A program made the translations under genes and the position numbers. The notes beneath the pieces were generated by a model. It did not search any database. It was not told the origin of the DNA and was given only the letters and a program-made list of their open reading frames with translations. Below are positions 24,700-37,528 of a stretch of DNA of 64,000 nt, in pieces (within the stretch, counting starts at the first letter, position 1; every line of letters starts with the position of its first letter). This DNA is from Takakia lepidozioides (Eukaryota > Plantae > Bryophyta), in contig CM060733.1 of NCBI GenBank assembly GCA_030704615.1, forward strand, positions 67,704,001-67,768,000, written 5' to 3'.

Positions 24700-27327
24700 T
24701 GCTATTTCATGAGCAACATGAGCATGAACGCAGAAAAATGTCCGCGAAAAAAAGCATGAGCAGACCAGGGTGTGTCCACGGAAATAGGGGTAGGAGGCTC
24801 GGAAATAGGGTCATGTGAAGTTGATGCAAGGTACCACGGAGGGTTCAGACAGGCTGCTCAGCTGCTCCCTGGTCCCAAATCTCACATGCTAACCTCACAT
24901 TGGAATCCTCTCAGCAATGAATGTGGCACCAATGGAATCCTCACAGCAATGAAATGCGGCACTTTATTGCATATTTTGCGGCAAGGCACATCTATACAAG
25001 TGTGTCTTAACTGTCATAGCCGGAATGGGCACTACTATCCTCCTCTCCTACACCCTCCGAGGAACTTGGCCCCTCTTCCACCTCATCCCCCTCATCCTTT
25101 GAGGTCTGAGATGTATCAATTCCACTACATATGCTTCTCAAAAATACCGTCCTCTCCTTGGGGGACTGTCCACCTCACCTCCTGGGAATCTTCTGCCTCT
25201 TCTCCCCTACTTTCCTCAATCCAAGACATATCTATGAACCTGACGAGCTCTAATAGTTGTTCCTTCATCTTCATTTTCCTGAGGCTTTCCTGGCTAAAAT
25301 CTGCTGTACATGATTAGGTTTGGAAGGAAGCCGGGCAGCATAAGAAGGAAGGATGTAGTCCCTTTGAGGACTCCGCAAGAAATCGCCCCTGGCAAAAAAT
25401 GGCACGCTCCTCCTGCCAATGAACTGCGGTGGCATCCTGCGGTAAGAACAAATCCACTTCCATAATGTCAATACTGGTAGTAGAATGCAGAAAGGGTCTT
25501 TCAATGAAATAAGAGAGCAAAGGGAGGTGCCTCACAAAATCAGGAGGCAACTTACAATGCAAGCACTCACTCGTAAACCAGGGGCTCCTCGGCTGCGATC
25601 CCAACTTCCTCCCCCTGCTCCTTCTCCGATTCGTCCTCATCCTCCAATTCTTCCTCATCTCTTTCGGCAGACGTTGAGCCGCTGCAAGAGGGGAGTTGTA
25701 GAGGACTGTATCTGCCTTAAAGGCAAAGACATGCCTGTCAGACGATGTCACAGCCCACATTAAAGCACCTGAGGGACAAAGCGGGAGGTTAGCAGCATGC
25801 GACATGCAAATGTAATTGGACCAAGGGACATAACGTGGACGTGAAGGCTTACCTGTGCCACATGTGAGATCAAGAATACTGCCTTGGACATTGGAGCATG
25901 TCTCCATGGATGAAAGCAGGGCTCTGGGTCCGGCTGTACCGCCACGGTTTGTTGCTCTGTGTGTACTGTCGTTGGGCACACGGTTGTAGAGGACATCGTA
26001 GGTAAGAGGGTCCATAGCGGCATCAACAAGACGCCCGTCATGGCGGAATTTGAACGTAGACCCACTCTTCACAAAACAATATGCATCAAATACCAAAGTC
26101 TGCACATCAAAGAAAAAGAGGGATCAATTCCAAGCTAAATTTTAGATACACCACAATATGAAGTTGAGGCAATAGATTGATAACTTACACTCTTGCCCTC
26201 TATTCGCAACCCTTGCATGTTGATGCTGAACCATTTTTTGAGGAGGACCGGGGTGGCACTCCTTGGTGTCCACCTAGCCAGAGCCGTCTCTGTGCGCTTC
26301 CATCTTGTGGCAAGGACCACCATACACCCAACGTCATCCAGGAGCATCCTCACCAGCCCAAATCTGGCTTTCCAGTAGTCCTCACTAAACTTGTTCCAAC
26401 TGGGCACACCCTCCAGCCCTCCAACAGCTCCCCATTTGGAATATCCAGGAGAATCATATCGCAGGCTCTCTCCGCCTGAACCCCCCCCCCCCCCCCCCCC
26501 CCGAGTGCTCGTACAATCCGTGCTGCAAGCCGTGAAGAATTCCATCATGGCAATGAAACCATCGGTGTCTTTAGGCTCTTCAGCGGCAGCCTTCCTATTC
26601 GCTTTCCCCTTGAGCTCCTCCAGAGACTTACTGTGTGCCACCTTCCTCGCCCTGGCAGCCAAAGCATCAAGGAAGCTCTCGTTGACACATTGGATGAGTG
26701 TTCCGGGTACCAACTTGGGCCTATCTGGAAACGACACCGCCGAATATCGCCGTGTAGGCTCGCCCTCAAATGTCAATTTCTTGATAGAGCCAGTCCCACT
26801 CCGGTTGGACTTCAGAACACGGACTACCGGTGACTTGGTAGCAGCAATGAAAGGTGGGAGAATGGAGAGACCGCAATCCAGGACTGGAACAGTTGTCTTG
26901 TATTGTTTCGAATAGGTGCATGTTGTCGTTACTGGAACCGAATTGGCAGCCTAATTCGTTGTCGATGCAACGTCCTACGGTCATTTTGACGCCAGAGCTT
27001 CTCTCTATGGTCGTCGCAAACATGATCTACGTTCCTACGTGCTTTACCAACGACTCCCAGATAACTCGCAAACTGCCCTGCTTTGGCAGTACATTGCCTA
27101 AACTATCTGCCTTAAGATCAAAAACTATCTGAAAAGAAATTTGTACCAATATATGCATCTACAACCTCCTTCATCGGGAGGTCCTTGTCTGCCTATAACA
27201 GTGACACCCTAAACACTATTCCCGTGGACAATCATTTCTGAAAAAAATTCCTGCTCATGATTTTTTCGACATTTACGAGTCTGCTCATGGCTCATGCGGC
27301 TCATGGCTCATGGCTCATGAAATAGCA
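24700..27327 (-). mobile_element. Non-autonomous TIR element carrying the MTase half of the fusion gene (copy B)
   Basis: Perfect 15-bp TGCTATTTCATGAGC/GCTCATGAAATAGCA termini, with imperfect inverted similarity over ~90-110 bp; no TSD found. Confidence 0.7.
25030..26850 (-). pseudogene. MTase-like gene fragment, copy B
   Basis: CDMILLDIPNG (frameshifted), VPSWNKFSEDYWK, ILDLTCGTG|intron, AVTSSDRHVFAFKAD, terminal exon PFFARGDFLRSPQRDYILPSYAARL; clearly homologous to 35700-37528. Confidence 0.8.
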
Positions 27328-27348
27328 GCCCCCGCCACTCTCAGTCTT

Positions 27349-27700
27349 TCAAGAATTTCGGCCGCTGGTGGGATATCCCCATGAGGCGTGAGGCTCGAAT
27401 TTGATGAGCCTGTTAATAACTAGGACTGGTGGTCGGTTGCACCAATAAGCATACACACTAGGGTTTTTGCAGGTGATTAGAGCCATCCCAGTGGGCCGGG
27501 TTTTCTCCATCCTGTCAATTTTGTTGAAGTGAATATGCTTAGCGTAGATGCCAAAGAGGGCTGCTTCCGTGGCAGACTGTGAGTGAAGTGGGTTGAGATT
27601 CTTTGCCACCAAAGTGAGAGCATCGCGTTCGGCAATGGCCTCCTGTAGTGTTGCAGTGATTCCAGTCATACTGGAGCGACGGGTTCGGATTTGTGGTCTA
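27349..27700 (-). pseudogene. Fragment of a LINE ORF1-like (RRM-like) protein
   Basis: RTRRSSMTG..ERDALTLVAKNLNPLHSQ..LITCKNPSVY is homologous to 63090-63430. Confidence 0.6.
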
Positions 27701-27749
27701 GTTCTACTATAACTGAAACTCCGAAAAGGATGGGCGTAACATTGTCTTG

Positions 27750-30351
27750 TGGCCCGCAAGCCAAGCTCACTTGTCCCCTGGATCCACCAGGAATCCTCTT
27801 CGCACCCGGGTTCCTCTTCAATCCTCCACCTCACAAGGCGAGTACAGACGTCCCCTTCTAGGTGTTCACCTCTACGGTGCAGAGGCGTCCCTTTGATCTT
27901 CTCTCGCAATGTTGTCGCCCATTTCAATGGATTCTTAGACCTCAAAGCTGTTCGTACCAACAATTCCTCCCTATCCGGCCCAAAGCCCCATTGTTTCCCG
28001 CTCAGGAACTTGTAGTACCTGGCTTGCTGCATGATTGCTCTGTCGATGTCCTCAGTTGTGGCCGTCACTACGTCCACCAGATGTGCGGTAGAAGACGCTC
28101 GCCAGGAGGAGTGGACTGATTCTGCCATATTCGTGTTCGGCATGTCCGATCCAGGCAACGCTCCTACAAGGATAGAAACAATGGTGAGGGAAAAATGGAA
28201 AGGTTCGTAATAGAATGACAAAAAAGCAAAAATCCGGCATCATACCTCCCGCATGTACTGTCCGAACTGTCCATACCGGAAATGCCACCACCCTAACCAA
28301 CTGTGCAAGGCTCCCAGATTGGTTGTCTCCACTGCATCTGACGTGTTCCACCAAGCCTCGATGATAACAAACTTAACTTCCGCGTCATCAAATGTGGGTG
28401 CATCTTTCCACGCCGTACAAATGACACGGTGTTCAGCTTGGAATGAGCTTGCAACAAATTTGGTAGTGTAGTGAGATAGACTTTGCATCCAATGGAGTCC
28501 ACATGATCTCTCTTTCCCCTCCATTGGAACATTGGGGTCCTCACCATACACACGCCGCACCGCTGCCCAGTTCGCCTAAGCGTTGTCTGCCATGAATCCC
28601 CTAAAATTGGGCTTTGGCAAACCCGCCCTTGTCATCTGCTCGTTTATGCCCTCCCACAGATGTATCTCCGACAGTGTGTCCTCCCCTTTCATCTCGCAGA
28701 TCGCAATCGTCATGAGCCTCTGGGAGTGATAATCATAAACATGCGCACCCATAGTCATCCACTGATGGTTTGTAATTCAATTGATGTGGTCAAACATCAC
28801 CCAAGCATTCGACAAGTTTCCAGTTGTCATTCGAGTGACCAAGTCGACTCCACTCCCAGGCCCACATGTTGACATTTTAAAAATGTAACAACGATCGGAT
28901 TCGCTACCTTGCCCTGGAAACTTGCTACCTTGGATGTAGTCATATCCAATCCTTCTTTTCACCTCGAGGATTGAGTGCATGTCCGACCCCCGGCCGAACT
29001 CTTCCTTGCAAGATACGATGTGATTCCGCACATTCGGACTACAAACGTGCGAGACGGACTCCAACAGATCAAGCATCTCCTCTTCATTCAAGGGCACACG
29101 GTCCTTTCCATCTTTAGACATAATTTTGCCAAGAGCAATCTTGTGGGCTGCCTTGAGCTGAATCTGCTTTGGTCTGGCTCCGGGGCTCAATTTCACCTCC
29201 TCTTTTATGATGTCGTGTGCTTCCTGCACAGCCTCCCGCATGTTGCCTCTCGCCAAGGGGTGGCAGTGGACCCCAACATGTATGCAAGCTCGTGTCAAGT
29301 CCGGGAGCAAATGGATTACATAATATTGCTTGGCTCTGCACATGGACATGCATGGTGGTGGTTCTTGGCAATGTGCGCACTTGAAAGTACCCGCTAGAGC
29401 CTGGCTGGAGACAATGAATGGATGATGGGTTGTGCCAGTCCAATCCGTCTAGTTTCTCCGCCCTCCTTTGGAGAGAAAGTGGAAGTAGGCGGGATTGAGG
29501 CACCTCAGTTTCCCCGCACACAGGATGTATCGTACACGAACACCATCAGCAATTTTCGTGCTACTGGTCTTCGTCACACACTAGGGGTGTCCGTCATGCT
29601 TTCGATCCATGTCTGTTAACATCCGTGAGGCTTTGTTTGACAAAGTAACAGGTGGAAACTCAAAGATCACATTACCATCGACTTCGGGAGGCAAATACGT
29701 TACCTTCCTGACTATAAATTTGGCATAGTCGAGAGCAGCCAGCTCGGAGCAAGAACCATCGAGGTGATGTTGCCGTAGGAGCTGCACAATGGAGCGGGTT
29801 GGAGTTATGCTCGGGGGTACATGCGTAGCACATGCAGAGACGTCCATGTCGGATTTGAACGACCGTGTGGAGGACATGGGGACCTCAATGCAGTCATCTT
29901 CCTTGTCTGAAATGTCCAATACCTCCACACGAGAAGCTATGGGGGGTCTTGACGGTCTAGGTCGGGAATGATTATCGTTGCATACCTCTCTGTTGGCAGT
30001 GGCCGCCTGTCAGTTTCCCGACTCCTTTGTGGATGGTGTGGGCAGCGACTGATTCGGGAAGGGAATAGGCATTCCGACAGCGCGGTACAAGATGGTGTCT
30101 GATGGGGGTACGTGCCACTCGATTCCGCAACCTCCGTCGGCACCTAGTACGACAATGGTCTCATCAACCTGTCCAGGAACATCCTTCTTTTCTTCTTCCA
30201 AATAAACTGTGCCCGATTTGAGCTTGAATTTGGAACAAAGGTAAGTTTCAGTCACTCTGCAAAATCCTCCCTCGTTTGGGATCCAGGCTCTCCCAAGTTG
30301 CGGAGGACAGCAAACTATAGCGTAGGAATTGGGAGCCATCGAACACCGCAC
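27750..30351 (-). pseudogene. Mutator/MULE-like DDE transposase with upstream Cys/His zinc-binding (GCM/WRKY-like) region; stops and frameshifts; intron ~28165-28245
   Basis: WVMFDH (D1), FRGFMADNA (D2), ERSCGLHWMQSL (CxxH), NTNMAESVHSSW (E), RACIHVGVHCHP. Confidence 0.82.
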
Positions 30352-30914
30352 GAAGTTGGCAAGTGCGAGGTTCCCTATAGCGACAGACTAAGGCTTACTG
30401 GCACCACGTAATTGGAACTGCAAAGGCCATCAAGATACATGCATGAAGGTGGGAGCTCCGATTCCATATCCAGTATGTATGACAATGATGGCCAATTCGG
30501 CGAGGCAATAACATCTCCTGACAGTTTTTCCTAACGGTGGATCCTGCCATATTCTCGATGTAGACATGAACGTTCGCACTGACAAGTGCCAGGAATGTTA
30601 GTTAAAACGGTTAGACAACCAAGTTGTGCTCATAAAGATAGGCCGCATTTGTGTTGTATCGGAACAATGCATCCCAGTGCACATGACGGGACTTCCAGCC
30701 CAACCTTTCGAACCCGAGCGGTGCATCCCCGCCGTTTCATGTTCTTTTGTCGTGGTTGCTCATTCACCCCTCTCGCGCCCTTTCCATCTGCACTCTTTGC
30801 CCCTTTTCCGTGTCTCTGTTCTTCTTATGCTCCAACCTGAGAGGGAGGAAGTTCCTGCACCAGAGAAGAGACGTCGTCGCAAGCTCTGCAAGGTGTACTT
30901 CGGACCAAGGCCAA

Positions 30915-32820
30915 TGCCGAAGGGGAAGAAGCAGATGCGTCTTCAGGAGGAGATGGTCATTGCGCAGCAGCAGGCAACGCTGGCAACCCAACCCCCAGTG
31001 AGAGCTCCGTGCTATCGGGATGCGCGTAGCTGATCGAGCACCGAAACCCTCCCTCTTTTTCATTGTGCAATCGTTAGACTATATAATATGACACTTGAAT
31101 GCAGAAGATGTTTTGCATGCCTAACTCGAAAGGTGGAGGTGGTGGAGGGATCGCAGGAATCCGAAGAGCCGCAGGAAGAATCCGTGGAGGTAGCTGCAAC
31201 ACGCACACCCAACCGATCCACGAGCACGGGTCTTCTTGTCGGGCCTAGCCCGGTGCGTTTCAAGGACGCAGTTTGGAAAGGCAAGGCTTTAAAGTTCAAA
31301 GCACCAAGTTTAGACTCGCGTTTGAAGCTCATGGAGAATCGCCAGCAGGGGTCGTCCCCTTCTCCAGCAAAGACCAAGAAGAAGCAGCCCGTGCTTGAAG
31401 ACATTTCCGAACCGGACCAGGCCGTCCCCCCCCCCCCCAAGAGAATGAAGCAGAAGGGGGCAGTACAGATTCAAATGCAGCAGACACCTTCACCTGCAAA
31501 GATTATTAAGCAGAAGACAATCAGAGGGAGGGTGGAGTAGTCTCCCGCAAAACCGGTTCCACGAGCTGAAGCCCAGTTCCTGCTTGATTTTGAGACAGGT
31601 GATGTTGGCGGCATCTCTGCTGCAGCCAAGGCAACCATACCGACCGATGTCATCGATCTGTCAGCGGAGGAGGGTACTGCTGCTGAACGTTCGCAGCAGG
31701 ACTTCTCCACCATTTTTGAAGAACTTCAGAATACTGTAGGCCCGGAGGAGGCCTCTGCAATGCGACAATTGCCCGCAGAGATTCCCCAGACTACAGGTGC
31801 AGTTGGGGATGCTCCATCTGCTCATCCCCTACCGCCACCTGCAGATATGTCTCCGGAGGAATTCCAAAGTGCAGCGGATACAATGTTGGAGGAGATACAC
31901 AGCAGTATTGGCAGAGTTCTAGGCACCAGGGTTTTCCAGCGGACGCTTTGAATTCCACTCTGCCGCATGGTCTCCCTTCCCATCGTGAGGCAGGCTCTTC
32001 CAGGAGATGTGGATAAGCTCAAGTTCGTATTTCAAGAAGGGTATCGTCTAGGTTCTCCTGCCTTCTACGTTTCTATTGAGAATGAGGACGGTGAAACTCG
32101 TGGACCCACTGCGGAAGAATTGTCAGCATGGGATACCCACTGGCACACTCGCAACGACGAATTCGAGACAATGCTGAAGGTTGATCCAGACTTCAGCCAT
32201 ATGTCTGGCAAATGTTTTTTGTGTGGGACGGGAATCACCGACTTCTTGCCTGGTGGGAGTACATCTAGCAGAACCATGCCAAGCAAATTGGCTGGCATTA
32301 CATGGTGGAGTGTGTCATCCTCAAGGTGAAGGCAACAGACTCCTCCCTGCTCAAGAATGCTATGGCGGACCTGAACTCGTAAGATTCTCATCCCCTCCCA
32401 TGCACATCCGAAATGCGGTGCCGCATTCTTTTTTCCAATCAGTTTTGTTTCTGCCCTTCAGTGGACTGAATTGGAGAGTGTGCCTTGCAGGGTCGCTGAA
32501 AATGCGTACGTGCATATTCATACGGCACATATACTATCCCATGGACTGATCCATTGTCAGCGAGGATATTTGGGCTTCCACATGTCATATCCTTGCGTCT
32601 GCTGGTCCTGATGAACCTGTATTTGAATTCGAGGGTAGTAAGGGAAAAACATTGGTATATACCGGAGGTACTTCCAGTGGCTCTATGCGACCTTGCTGGA
32701 GAGTGCTCAATCGTCCGGGGAAAAATTCCTCAATGACCTTCTTCCGTCAAAGAGCGCTGCCCTTCAGCAATGAGATCAAGGATGAGCGAAGCCGCTGTCT
32801 TGCCTTACCTGTAGAAGCGG
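30915..32820 (+). pseudogene. Fusion gene copy C, 5' half: low-complexity N-terminus and ParB-like domain
   Basis: IPLCRMVSLPIVRQAL..QEGYRLGSPAFYVS..(frameshift) FVWDGNHRLLAW..AMADLN|gt; homologous to 8029-8623. Confidence 0.8.
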
Positions 32821-34800
32821 GGGGGGGGGGGGGGGGGGGGGGCAAATGATGGAGATGGATGTGATTGGGTTGGGTAGTCGGTTTCGTCCTCCAGATTGTC
32901 GTTGATACCACATCCAAATATCCAACACACCAAATCAAAGTTCAGATCAAACGCCCCTCGATTTTGTACGAACGTAGTGGCACACGCTGATCGGCTTCTG
33001 AAAGATTGGTTCGCAAATGTAATGTCATCGTTTGCAGCGGTTCGGCACAATGGGCAGCAACTCAAATAAGCTACCTGCCAAGCAAGATAGGCTTCAAGAC
33101 CCGATTGCACGTTCAAATACCCCAGGAATGGTGGTTGGCAACAACCTGGCCAACGAGTATTGAACCGAAAGAATGAAGAAATAGGATTGGTTAGTGCGCG
33201 TGACCCCAAGGGTCTGATCTTGGCTGCTATCCAGTATCCTCGGTATTCTTCAGCGATTGCCAAAATGCGTTGGCGCATTAGTCGACAGATTACAGTGGAA
33301 TCCCTTGCTCGTACTTCTCCCTGAGCGCGTGCTCGAAATGATTTGGTAAAGACCCACCACGCGGGCTTCAAACGATAAATGAAAATGATGGGGTTCCACC
33401 ACCATTATCATATTGCAACTCCATGATAACTATTAGATCACGATTTTCCTAGGCTCCCTAGGACCTTGCAACAAAACTAGGGCTCAACCCTATCAAAGCA
33501 TGCACATGAATTCAAAGGAAAATTAGGTTCAGGGCGTACCGTTTCAAACCTTAATTACCCGTGTTAGTGCGAAATCCACCTACTAATTCACCATTAGTAG
33601 CAACTTACCGAACTCCCGGCAGACGCACCATAAATATGACGAGCCTCGAGCCTCGATGCGCACGCTCCGCGAAGGGGAAAAATACGAACGTCAATCCGGG
33701 GCCTGGAATCCGGTGACAAGGTGGGTTGGGCTCAAGAACCGCCCACCCGTGAAGTGTGTGGCTAAGCTTGGCGGAGTGTCAGTGGTTGATGGAGGGAACT
33801 CCTCCAGCTATCCTAATCTATCAGCAAACATAGGTACAACTTCTACATTCACAGGGCAAAATTTGTTCGTGTCTCCTACGAAATCTACTCCTAGCTAATT
33901 GTCTTCTAAGGCTTCGTTATTCGCGTTAACACAGCTTCATCCCGGAGCTATTAGCGTCCCCGACAGGTTCTCTCTGCCTGACGGTTTCCGGAGGACTGAC
34001 AAAGCGTTAAGGACAAGCTACTTAGGTCTGGTTGCTTCACAATCACACTTCCCCGGATCGCACGTGTGTGCAAAGAGAACGCCTACATTCCCGCTATCCG
34101 AAGGGGAGAGCACACCCTAGCCTAGGATAAATGCTCTTAACCTAGACAATATCCCACTTTCTTACTAGTTTTTAGGGCTCCTGACCATTTCCTAGCAATA
34201 GAATTCAATAGAGAAGATGGGAAAAATACTATCCTAGGCAAGCTCTTGAACTTAGGAAATAGAGATAAAAATCCTAGATTTAATTACCTCTATCCCTATT
34301 TTCTGGTAATTTTCTAAGCAGAAAACCCAATTACTAAATCTGGAAATTCACTAATTCTAGAACAATAAGCATTAGGTAGGAATTCATCTAAGCTTTCGAA
34401 TGACCCATGGCTTGGCCTCTAGATAATTCTCTAACCGCCTCTTATTGCCCAAAAACCTTTATCAAGATATGAGAACCATAGGGAATTGGCCTAATAGGTC
34501 CAAACAACCCCCTAAGGCCTTAATACATAGCCCCTAGCTTCTAGGTCCTAGGTTCAAAACCCCCCCCTAGACCTAAACTGGCTTTTCAAACAGCGGATGA
34601 AAAATTGCTTTTTTCATCCACTGGTCATCCACTATTCATCCCTACTATGGATGAAAAATTGCATTTCTCATCCTACCTTCATCCACTGTTCATCCAGCCT
34701 GCGGATGAAATACTGCTTACCTCATCCGCCCCTCATCAGGTCTGTATTTTCCATGAGCGATGAGCAACGAGCCATGAGCCGGCTCAACCGCATGACTTGG
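32820..34800. other. Unclassified ~2-kb insertion(s) between the halves of copy C (G-run, AT-rich LTR-like stretch, CATCC/GGATG repeats, TIR-like motif at ~34745)
   Basis: Homology to the gene family is lost; 34595-34740 resembles 24420-24530. Confidence 0.4.
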
Positions 34801-34889
34801 TGGTTCTGGGTAATCTAAGGTACTTCCCCCTATTTGTTTTGTTGGCATGAATTCCATGACCGGCTATGTGACAATTGTAAACGTAGGTA

Positions 34890-37528
34890 ATGACGAATGC
34901 GAAGGAGCAAGTCATAATGCATATAAATTCGTTCGACTTGTACGTTAAATGGGATGAAACACAGACATTAGAAGACTATGTGACACGTTTCAGATGTGTG
35001 TACAAGGACAACCTCTTCGCCAGGGAGCTGCAGACAGCAAGAAGGAGCGTGGAGTATACACATCAGGAAGGGGCGGGAAAATCAGCAATGCGAATTGTGT
35101 ACAGGTAAAGCCCAGCTCCCGTTGTATGCAAAACCTGGGATATGAGATTTGCCTGGGAAATGCGGCACCGCATTCACACTTTATGTTTTCGGTTGCACTC
35201 TGCGAATACATTGTTCAAAATTTGTGCTCACGCATGTTAACTGTGTTGCAGGTATATGAAATACGTGCTACTTAAGACAGGGGCCTTGGCGCAAGAGCCC
35301 CCCTTTTTCATGGCTTGGACCGTGCCGGGCCCAAACTGTGTCTACACACCAAAGATGCAGAAACAATGGCATGCCTCGCATCTCGCTGGATGCCCGTGGT
35401 ACCTGGACATGTTTGGCGGACTTGTTGACGAATCGGAGATCTGCACGCGAAAGCGGAGGAGAAGAGAAGGGAAAACGTGTCCCTGGTGGGCCTGAGTTGG
35501 CAAAGGACGCTGCTGCTCTGGAAGACTCGCCAGCAAGGAGCAGCAGTTGTGACACCCAAGAAGACGAAGAAGCAGAAACAGAAAGAGCATGGAGAGGGTG
35601 AAGAAGAGGGCTCCGATGGAGACTTTGCAACCAGCCCACCCCCCGAAATGCAGCCAAAATCCCCCGCGGCCACCGTTTTCACGAAAGGGACGAGAACAGG
35701 CTCAGCAAAGAAGGCACTATTCAACCCCCCGGGGGGGCACTTTTTCGAGCCGGTGGAAATGAAGAGGCCGAAAGTGGAGCCAGAAACAGTAGTGCAGTGT
35801 GTGAATGAGAGTTTCCTGGCGGCTTTGGATGGGCGGGCAGCCAAGTTGGCATACATCAGGTCCATGGAGGGGCTGAAGGGCAGAACACTGACGAAGGCGG
35901 CAGCCGAAGAGCCTTCCGACACCCCTGGGTTTCAGAAGATGGTCTCGTTCTTTGAGAAGTGTGTGCAGGGAAGGATTGCAGGAGGGGTGGAAAAGTCACC
36001 GAGTGGTCTTGCGATATGATCATCTTGGATATTCCGGATGGAGATCCTGTGGAAGGACTGCATGTTTTGTCGTCTTGGAACAGGTACTCTAAGGACTTTT
36101 GGAAAAAAAGATTCAGGCTCGCCCGCATGGTGTTGGACGACAGAGGCTGTGTTGTTGTCCTTGCGAGTAGAGGCAAAAACACGGAGGCAGGAATTGCGAA
36201 ATGGACCCGCAAGAGTGCCGTCCCAATTTTGAAGAAGAAGTGGACGTGCATCAACACATTGGGCCTTCGCTCGGAAGGGAAGATGATAATTACCACATTG
36301 GCAACCGTCCTTGCATTTTGTAAGCTGTTTTGATATGCGGTGCCGCATTTGAATTCTAATCATTCCCCACTGTGTATGCAGACGAAGCAGTTCGATGTAT
36401 ACTTCTTTGTGAAGGAGAACTCGACCTTTGCTTTCCGGAAGGATGGATTGTTGGTTGACCCGAATTCCAACCCCATCGATTATGACGTCCTGTTCAGCAA
36501 CGTTCCCATGGAACTCCTCCCTCATAGCCTCACTTCAATGGATCCCCTGCGGTATTCACGAACTCGGAGCCCTGCCTTCATCCAGACAATTATGGAGGCA
36601 TGCACTGACCTAGAGGGCAGAGTGCTGGACCTCATCTGTGGAACAGATATGCAGATTTTGGTACTACAGATTTTGGTATGCAGATTTTGGAACTGGCCGT
36701 TCTGCGAATTTTCATTATGTTCAAATTCTGCGTTTATCAAGGGCCATGTTTCAATGAGTGGATGCCATTCTCACAGGCACCTCTTTGCCTACGAGGAGGA
36801 TACATCCGTCTCGGGATCCCATCTAGAAGAGCTTCAACGGAATGTGAAGGCTCGCATCGCAGCCACTGACTCCTCGGAGGATTCCTCGGACTCGGAGGAA
36901 GAGACAGTCAACATTGATGCTGAGGAGGACCCGGAATACGAGTGAGTGGATACATTGTAAGTTTGCAAAGCCTTTTGGGTCATTATTTCTTTCACGTGAA
37001 TGCCGGATTGTGGTTCTCATTGGTCTGGGGGAGTGATTATTATGTACAGGATTCCAAGATCCGGGTCGAAACCAGTGGCGCCTAGATTTCTTGCCAAGGA
37101 GAATGTCCCGTTTTTTTGCGAGGACCGACTTCATGAAGAGCCCAGTGAAGGACTACTCCCTTCCTAGTTATGCAGCTAAGCTTGCAAAGACAGCAATTAG
37201 ACGATGTGAGAATCCCAGTAAAGTAGAGCTGATTTTGGAGAGGGCTAGGGAGGACAGAAGGAAGCGGAAAGAGTTGGCTGCAGCTGAGACAGGTAGACGG
37301 GTGCGGAAGTATGTACGTGATTCCGCGGAAGAGCGCGATGCAGACAAAGAGGACGATGACCCAACGGAGGTGAGATGGTCAGTTCCGCAAGGGGAAGATG
37401 GGATTAAATTCAAAAGCCTGGCCAACGACCAGTCCGCTGGACATGAGAAAGACAATGAGGGGGTGGAAGGGGAGCAGGACAGTCAAGAACATGATGACGA
37501 TAATGATGATGATTTCCAAGATGGGTAG
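34890..37528 (+). pseudogene. Fusion gene copy C, 3' half: linker, beta-class amino-MTase-like domain and terminal exon
   Basis: CDMIILDIPDG, RTRSPAFIQTIMEACTDLEGRVLDLICGT, HRHLFAYEED, acidic tail, then ARTDFMKSPVKDYSLPSYAAKL..EVRWSVPQGEDGI. Confidence 0.82.

Noticed and set aside
26481-26502. Long C/G homopolymers (also ~13356, ~31426, ~32819) as functional G4 elements
   Set aside because: Not conserved between homologous copies; slippage or sequencing error is sufficient
27349-28221. 290-aa ORF as one protein
   Set aside because: Chimera of intron, transposase C-terminus and a LINE ORF1 fragment
32805-33371. 188-aa ORF in the insertion
   Set aside because: No recognisable domain; ends in a homopolymer
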